This document shows, one piece after another, positions 35,103 to 40,308 of a stretch of 40,308 bases of DNA. Both the position numbers and the translations under genes were made by a program. The notes under the pieces were generated by a model. That model was not told the origin of the DNA and did not search any database. It saw only the letters and a list, made by a program, of their open reading frames with translations. The stretch comes from Pseudobacteriovorax sp. Its GTDB lineage: Bacteria; Bdellovibrionota_B; Oligoflexia; Oligoflexales; Oligoflexaceae. How positions within the stretch are numbered: the first letter of the stretch is position 1; each line of letters opens with the position of its first letter. The stretch is from positions 1 to 40,308 of the forward strand of contig JBNKNM010000029.1 of the NCBI GenBank assembly GCA_050293845.1, in the 5' to 3' direction.

Positions 35103-36167
35103 CTAATTACTTGATCCATCTAACAACAGTTTCACATACTTATTGTGTTCCTTCAAAGTTTTTGAAAAGTGATGTCTATTAGACCCAGCAATTAAAACAT
35201 AGTAGTAGTAGCCTTCTTGTGTAGGCTCTAATACAGCTTTTAGAGATGCTCGGGATACTGCGCCGATAGGTCCTGGAGGCAAGCCCTTGAATACTCTAGT
35301 ATTGTAGGGGTTCATGCGGTCCTTAAGGTGCTTCCATTTAATATCTCCTTGATAATCCTTGATCCCATAAATCAATGCCGCATCAATAGCCAAAGGTTCT
35401 TTGTTTTTCAAACGGTTCCAGATCACTTCTGCAACTTTAGGACGTTCATCATCATGAAGAGTCTCCAACTCAATCATTGATGCAAAGGTCACCGCTTCCG
35501 TCAAAGTCAGGCCCCGCTCCTCAATGGCCCCAAGATAATTTTCCGGCAAGTTTTCCCAGAAGGTGGCAACCATTTTTCTCAAAACCGTCCTTGGTTTTTC
35601 CCTTTTCGGAAAAGAGTAGGTTGCTGGATACAGATACCCTTCTAAGCCTTTGGCTTTTATATTGAGTTCTTTCAGAAAGCTCGGGTCGTGTGCCAAGCTC
35701 CACACCTCTTGAAATTCTCCCACTCCATTAGCCACGAGCCTTTTTACGGTTTGCCTTAAGGTAAACCCCTCAGGAATGACAAATTGCAGCGCCATGGGTA
35801 TAAAGACGTGACCCATAACCATTTTTTTCTGAATCAGTGCCGGGGTAATTTTTCCAGAAAAGCGATATTGTCCTGCCTGAAAGCGGTCGTAGGTTTTGTT
35901 AAATCGTACCCAAAGTTTAAAAGTAATGGCACTATCAATAAGCTGAGACGACTCCAACGCTCCCGCTAACTCATTAAGTTTCGTGCCTGCTGGAAAGTAA
36001 ATATCCACAGCTTTAGGGATATCAGTGGCTTTTTCCGACCAAGAAGACATGTAGAAATATAACGCGGTTAAGGCCGTAATACCTAAAATGGTGCCGCTAA
36101 TGCCATAAAAATACAGTCTATGCAGCAAAGTAATCCTCCACCAATGGTGCTTCCAATAGAATAACAT
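35103..36167 (-). CDS. mltG: Endolytic transglycosylase MltG (YceG)
   Basis: TM anchor, IPEG, LEGYLYPATY, ASMIELET, PYNT....GLPPGPI, YYYYV...HHFS.T..EH. Confidence 0.95.
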   Translation of the reverse strand: MLFYWKHHWWRITLLHRLYFYGISGTILGITALTALYFYMSSWSEKATDIPKAVDIYFPAGTKLNELAGALESSQLIDSAITFKLWVRFNKTYDRFQAGQYRFSGKITPALIQKKMVMGHVFIPMALQFVIPEGFTLRQTVKRLVANGVGEFQEVWSLAHDPSFLKELNIKAKGLEGYLYPATYSFPKREKPRTVLRKMVATFWENLPENYLGAIEERGLTLTEAVTFASMIELETLHDDERPKVAEVIWNRLKNKEPLAIDAALIYGIKDYQGDIKWKHLKDRMNPYNTRVFKGLPPGPIGAVSRASLKAVLEPTQEGYYYYVLIAGSNRHHFSKTLKEHNKYVKLLLDGSSN

Positions 36168-36288
36168 AAAGGTATAGCTAAATAAGCTGTTGGTGATAAG
36201 TAAAGATTTATCTTGATTCTTCCTTCCATTAGTTTATAATGGCGTGTTTTTGATCCTCCGGACTATCCTGAGACTAAAAAGAAAAGCC

Positions 36289-37107
36289 ATGAAAATAGAA
36301 AATACGGTTTTATTTCAAAAACTTACAAGAAGCATGCAGCAGCGCATCATGGCTGCCAGCAAGCAACTATGCCCTAGAATATCCTATAAGTTTAGTAATT
36401 TGGATCTGTTTGTGGAAGCCTTAACCCACAGTTCAGCTGCACAGGAATTATTTAGGAAAAGGAAGTGCCAGATCCCCTGGAATGAACGGTTAGAGTTTTT
36501 AGGAGACTCTATTTTAAGCCTAGTCTTAAGTACTTACCTACTGAATCGTCCCGATTGTTTTGAGGAAGGCAGCCTTTCTAAAATCCGAGCTGCCCTAGTT
36601 AACGAAGCCTCTCTAGCGCGCCTTGCTTCACGCATTGATTTAGGACAATATCTCTTACTGAGTGTAGGAGAAGATCGCAGTGGTGGCCGAACCAAACACT
36701 CTGTCCTGGCAGATGGCCTTGAGGCTCTTCTGGGAGCTATTTACCTAGACTCTGGTTATGAAGCCGCCCAGACTGTGATATTAGGTCTATACCAAGATAT
36801 CCTGGTCCAACCTTTAACAGAACTAGTTCAAGAAGACTATAAATCAAGATTACAGGAACTCACTCAGGGCTCTTTCAAGGATGTTCCAAACTACGAAGTG
36901 ATCGATCAGACGGGACCGGATCACAACTTATTTTTTTCAGTAGCAGTGAAATTTAAAGGCCTTTCATTGGCAGTAGGTAAAGGGTCCAACAAAAAGAAAG
37001 CGTCACAAGAGGCGGCTCGGGCAGCGCTTCTCCGCTTAAAAAAAGAACCACAATTATTAGCCCAAAGAACAGAACAATTTCATGAATTAACCCAAGGAAT
37101 ATCTTAA
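36289..37107 (+). CDS. rnc: Ribonuclease III
   Basis: ALTHSS, NERLEFLGDS, ADGLEALLGAIYLD, dsRBD DYKSRLQE...GPDH...KKKASQEAA. Start uncertain (36289 or 36334). Confidence 0.97.
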   Translation: MKIENTVLFQKLTRSMQQRIMAASKQLCPRISYKFSNLDLFVEALTHSSAAQELFRKRKCQIPWNERLEFLGDSILSLVLSTYLLNRPDCFEEGSLSKIRAALVNEASLARLASRIDLGQYLLLSVGEDRSGGRTKHSVLADGLEALLGAIYLDSGYEAAQTVILGLYQDILVQPLTELVQEDYKSRLQELTQGSFKDVPNYEVIDQTGPDHNLFFSVAVKFKGLSLAVGKGSNKKKASQEAARAALLRLKKEPQLLAQRTEQFHELTQGIS

Positions 37108-37164
37108 AGCCACAGCTCCCCTGTAACTTTAAGTTATTCCTTATTCCTAAAAGGTAGAATCAAG

Positions 37165-38574
37165 ATGGACTCAGGACTGATCGCCATTGTCGGACGTCCC
37201 AACGTAGGCAAGTCAACCTTATTTAATCGTTTAACCAAATCCAATAGCGCCCTCATTCACGATCGCCCTGGGGTCACAAGAGATCGCTTGTATGGTCTAG
37301 TGCAGTCTGTGAATGATGATTCCATGGGCTACACTATTATTGATACTGGCGGCTTTGAAACAAAAGATCTTTATTACCAACCATTTTCCCAAAATATTGT
37401 CTGGGATCAGACTGAGCTGGCCATACAAGAGGCCGACCTAGTTCTGATGGTATTTGACGGTAAAGCTGGGTTACACCCCCACGATAGAGAGTTAGTTCAA
37501 TATTTGAAAAAAATTGAAAAAAATGTGGTTTATGCTGTCAATAAAATCGATGGCATAGAACAAGAAGCTGCCATGTGGGAGTTCTTCGAGCTAGGGGTAG
37601 ACAAGATCCATACCTGTAGTGCAGCACACAACCGCGGGGTTTGGGACTTAGCAGACCACCTTGAAGATTCCCTGCAAGAGATCAGTGGAATTAAAATCAC
37701 CTCCCCTGGCGACCATGACGAGGCGACGAAGATCGCTCTCATTGGCCGCCCCAATGCCGGCAAGTCTTCCATTCTTAATCGTCTTTGTGGCGCAAACCGC
37801 TCTCTTGTTAGCGATGTAGCAGGAACGACCCGTGATACCATCGATACACCGATTGTATATAACAAAAACCCCTATATCCTCCTCGACACAGCAGGAATCC
37901 GGCGACGCAAAAAAATCTTCGACAAAATAGAAGGACTCAGTGTCATCCGTAGCCTCAAAGCTATTGAACAAGCAGACATCGTCGTTTTAGTCATCACAGC
38001 TAACGAAGGTATTTCAGATCAAGATGCAAGGCTAGCATCTCTAGCCGCTGAAAAGTTTAAACCCATTCTTATTGTCGTCAATAAGTGGGACCTTGTTCCC
38101 GATAAAGATTCTAAATCAGCCCGCGAGTTTGAGCTTGATGTAAGGGATAAGCTCAAAAACATCGCTTATTTCCCTATTTTATTCACCTCTTGCCTACACA
38201 ATAAACGCGTTCACAATATTATGCAGCAAGTGGAAACACTTGCCAAAAATTATAGCTTACGTGTACCAACTGCCCGCCTTAATGAAGTCCTGGAGCGCGC
38301 TGTTCACGAACATACCCCCGCTCTTGTTCGCAAGCTGAACAAGAGGATCAAGTTTTATTACGCCACACAAGTCAGAACCATGCCCCCTACTATTGTTATC
38401 AAATGTAACGTAGCCGGTGAGATCCAGGAATCCTACAAACGCTACCTAGCTAATCGATTTAGAAACGATCTGGCATTTGGTAATGTCCCTCTCAGGATTC
38501 TTTACCGTGGAAAAAGTGAAGAAAAGGCTAATAAAGTGCTAAAGTCTAGTCATGGCAGGTCCCATGTGAATTAA
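37165..38574 (+). CDS. der: Ribosome biogenesis GTPase Der (EngA)
   Basis: Two GTPase domains: GRPNVGKS/DTGG/NKID and GRPNAGKS/DTAG/NKWD; KH-like C-terminus (SYKRYL.N.FR). Confidence 0.98.
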   Translation: MDSGLIAIVGRPNVGKSTLFNRLTKSNSALIHDRPGVTRDRLYGLVQSVNDDSMGYTIIDTGGFETKDLYYQPFSQNIVWDQTELAIQEADLVLMVFDGKAGLHPHDRELVQYLKKIEKNVVYAVNKIDGIEQEAAMWEFFELGVDKIHTCSAAHNRGVWDLADHLEDSLQEISGIKITSPGDHDEATKIALIGRPNAGKSSILNRLCGANRSLVSDVAGTTRDTIDTPIVYNKNPYILLDTAGIRRRKKIFDKIEGLSVIRSLKAIEQADIVVLVITANEGISDQDARLASLAAEKFKPILIVVNKWDLVPDKDSKSAREFELDVRDKLKNIAYFPILFTSCLHNKRVHNIMQQVETLAKNYSLRVPTARLNEVLERAVHEHTPALVRKLNKRIKFYYATQVRTMPPTIVIKCNVAGEIQESYKRYLANRFRNDLAFGNVPLRILYRGKSEEKANKVLKSSHGRSHVN

Positions 38575-38914
38575 CAATCAGAGGTTTTAGACGGTTTTCC
38601 AAAGCCAGCCATTGTCTTTGTTGGTTTACTGTTAAGGAGCTTTTTTGCAGTATTTCCTTGAATAGCATTTGTCGTCGCAAAAAGTGAGCTGAACGAATCT
38701 GCAGTGCCCCATGTACACGCTTGAGATTTTTGTCTAAAAAGCTACGAGGACCACCGAGAAGAGAAATACTAAACTCGATCTGCTTAGTAATAAGTTGCTC
38801 TTTATCAATTCTAAAAAAGAAATGTCCAATGAGAGGGTCCAAAAAGGCTTGATCATAAAACCTGCTTATGACATCAGCCACAACTTCCTCTCCGATTTGT
38901 TCAAATAGGCTCAT
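38546..38914 (-). CDS. Group I truncated hemoglobin-like protein
   Basis: SLFEQIG, RFY...(B9-B10), D..I.HFF, Q..F....LGGP, proximal His in RVH..L.I..AHF; GGAGG SD. Confidence 0.85.
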   Translation of the reverse strand: MSLFEQIGEEVVADVISRFYDQAFLDPLIGHFFFRIDKEQLITKQIEFSISLLGGPRSFLDKNLKRVHGALQIRSAHFLRRQMLFKEILQKSSLTVNQQRQWLALENRLKPLIVNSHGTCHD

Positions 38915-38973
38915 ATTTGCCTCCCTGTATGATAATTAACCATACTCCTGGGAAGATGGCTATGGGATTATTA

Positions 38974-39525
38974 TTATGGCTTTGACCTAGCAACGTCTAC
39001 GGCTTTATTAAGCCCCAAGGGAGGACTTAAGGTTAAATCTGCAATAGCATAACCATTTTTATTTTTAAAGCGGACTTCATTCTTACCCATGAAATTATAA
39101 ACAAACTTACTACCTTCCAGTAAACCTGATAATTTGATTGACCCAATAAATTCTTCAAGTTCGCGCCGACTGCCATAACGCTTATAAAGCTTGATTTCAT
39201 ATGAAAGCTGCCTTGTAGTTTTATTCCAAAATACTGGTACAGTTTCTAAGTGCCACTGACTGATATAGAAATGACTACTTTTCGAGATTTGTGTACGAAT
39301 ATTGCGCAGTATGGCCTTTGCCTTCATGAACCGAATCTGGTTGACTCCGTAAGGGTCTTTAACGATTACTTTTTGGTAAGGAATAATTTTGACTCCCAAC
39401 CTGACGCGAGCTTCTTTTTGGGGTTTTTTAGGTAACCTAACCATAGTATCCCCAAGATCAAAAGTAGTAGCCAAAGAACTTTGAGTCAAAGAAAAAAATA
39501 GGAGTAAAAATACCTTAATATTCAT
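38974..39525 (-). CDS. Hypothetical exported basic beta-rich protein
   Basis: Signal peptide MNIKVFLLLFFSLTQSSLA; AAGGA SD before ATG 39525. Confidence 0.7.
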   Translation of the reverse strand: MNIKVFLLLFFSLTQSSLATTFDLGDTMVRLPKKPQKEARVRLGVKIIPYQKVIVKDPYGVNQIRFMKAKAILRNIRTQISKSSHFYISQWHLETVPVFWNKTTRQLSYEIKLYKRYGSRRELEEFIGSIKLSGLLEGSKFVYNFMGKNEVRFKNKNGYAIADLTLSPPLGLNKAVDVARSKP

Positions 39526-39624
39526 AACTTTTATTCCTTTGATGTTTGAATAACAATCGATCTGGTAAGAGGCTTGTCGTTTCATGTATTATTATAGCAT
39601 CAAATTAATCATTAGATAAAAACG

Positions 39625-40308
39625 ATGACTCATTTGTTAAAGTACATATTATTAATTTGCCCAATTTTCTGGTTAGCACTCATACCAGTTAAACTTGATA
39701 TTGGTTGGTCAACGGCATCAACATTAGAAAAATTAAAATTAATGCAACTCGCTATTGATAAATTTCACAACCAATACCACCGCCTTCCAGAAAGCTCCTC
39801 TGAAATTCGTTCCTATATTTTAGCCCAAGGCATTGCCTTTACACCTTACGATTTTTTTGGCATGCGTATCCAGTATATGTCACTGTCAAACGACGAATAC
39901 TTTGTTAAGTCGTTTGGACCCGATCAGATGATTAATCATCCTGGTGGGGAAAAGGATTTAACCATTGTAAAAATGAAAGCACAAAAAAGGATCCCAGCTT
40001 CTCAAGACATCAAAACCAATCATTTCATGAAGCTATTTCCAGCACCACTACTTGTTGGTAATCGTCCTCGTAACAAAAATTATTTTGCACGGATCATTAC
40101 TGAAAATGTCAATCATAGCCGCAGACTCATTGTCAGGGGATTGACCGATAATAATTTTATCATTACTTCTTTTCATGATGGTGTAGAGGAGTTTTTATGG
40201 CTGGAAGACGGACATACGATTGTTTTTACCGCAAATGGATCACCCCGTTACCAAGACGGTATATATCTCTGGAATATCACTAATAATAGCACCGTTAATA
40301 TACTGTCA
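39625..40308 (+). CDS. Partial ORF (runs off the window): GspG/pseudopilin-like domain followed by a beta-propeller-like region
   Basis: Not in the ORF track; I translated 228 open codons from ATG 39625: MTHLLKYILLICPIFWLALIP...LMQLAIDKFHNQYHRLP...YDFFGMRIQY...YFVKSFGPD...VEEFLWLEDGHTIVFTANG...GIYLWNI. Confidence 0.8.
   Translation, partial: MTHLLKYILLICPIFWLALIPVKLDIGWSTASTLEKLKLMQLAIDKFHNQYHRLPESSSEIRSYILAQGIAFTPYDFFGMRIQYMSLSNDEYFVKSFGPDQMINHPGGEKDLTIVKMKAQKRIPASQDIKTNHFMKLFPAPLLVGNRPRNKNYFARIITENVNHSRRLIVRGLTDNNFIITSFHDGVEEFLWLEDGHTIVFTANGSPRYQDGIYLWNITNNSTVNILS

Noticed and set aside
1..40308. CRISPR arrays, tRNA/rRNA genes, transposases, integrases, known defence systems
   Set aside because: No regularly spaced repeats, cloverleaf signatures or corresponding protein motifs were seen by eye; short ncRNAs could still be missed without a covariance-model search.

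Overview
A 40.3 kb, densely coding bacterial chromosomal segment made mostly of housekeeping genes (fba class II, glutamine-dependent nadE, argS, comM/yifB, tyrA, fabR-like, bolA, rdgB, mlaE, leuS, tatD, mltG, rnc, der) mixed with lineage-specific genes: a type IVa pilin, TPR and receiver-domain proteins, a stand-alone HisKA/DHp microprotein, a PilZ protein, a secreted M4/M36-type metalloprotease with a C-terminal Cys-TM-RR tail, a GT51-only transglycosylase, an orphan HipB-like regulator, a truncated globin and a partial GspG-like/beta-propeller fusion. The gene repertoire suggests a Bdellovibrionota/Oligoflexia-like organism (inference, not proven). I saw no tRNA, rRNA, CRISPR array, transposase or integrase. 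The most unusual non-coding signals are: (1) a near-perfect 21-bp hairpin at 2367-2418 that sequesters the SD and ATG of an uncharacterised helical-repeat gene and creates a mirror-image SD+ATG for a divergent 41-codon ORF; (2) a small family of non-autonomous repeats with CC(T/G)GGAT ends, comprising a 190-bp MITE-like element at 22576-22765 and related copies around comM and the adjacent secreted-protein gene; (3) recurrent sigma28/FliA-like promoters and one sigma54 promoter; (4) an inverted pair of DnaA boxes away from any dnaA gene; (5) a perfect 18-bp palindrome upstream of the pilin; (6) a G11 tract at a ribosome-binding site. All protein assignments come from motif recognition by eye; no database searches were run.
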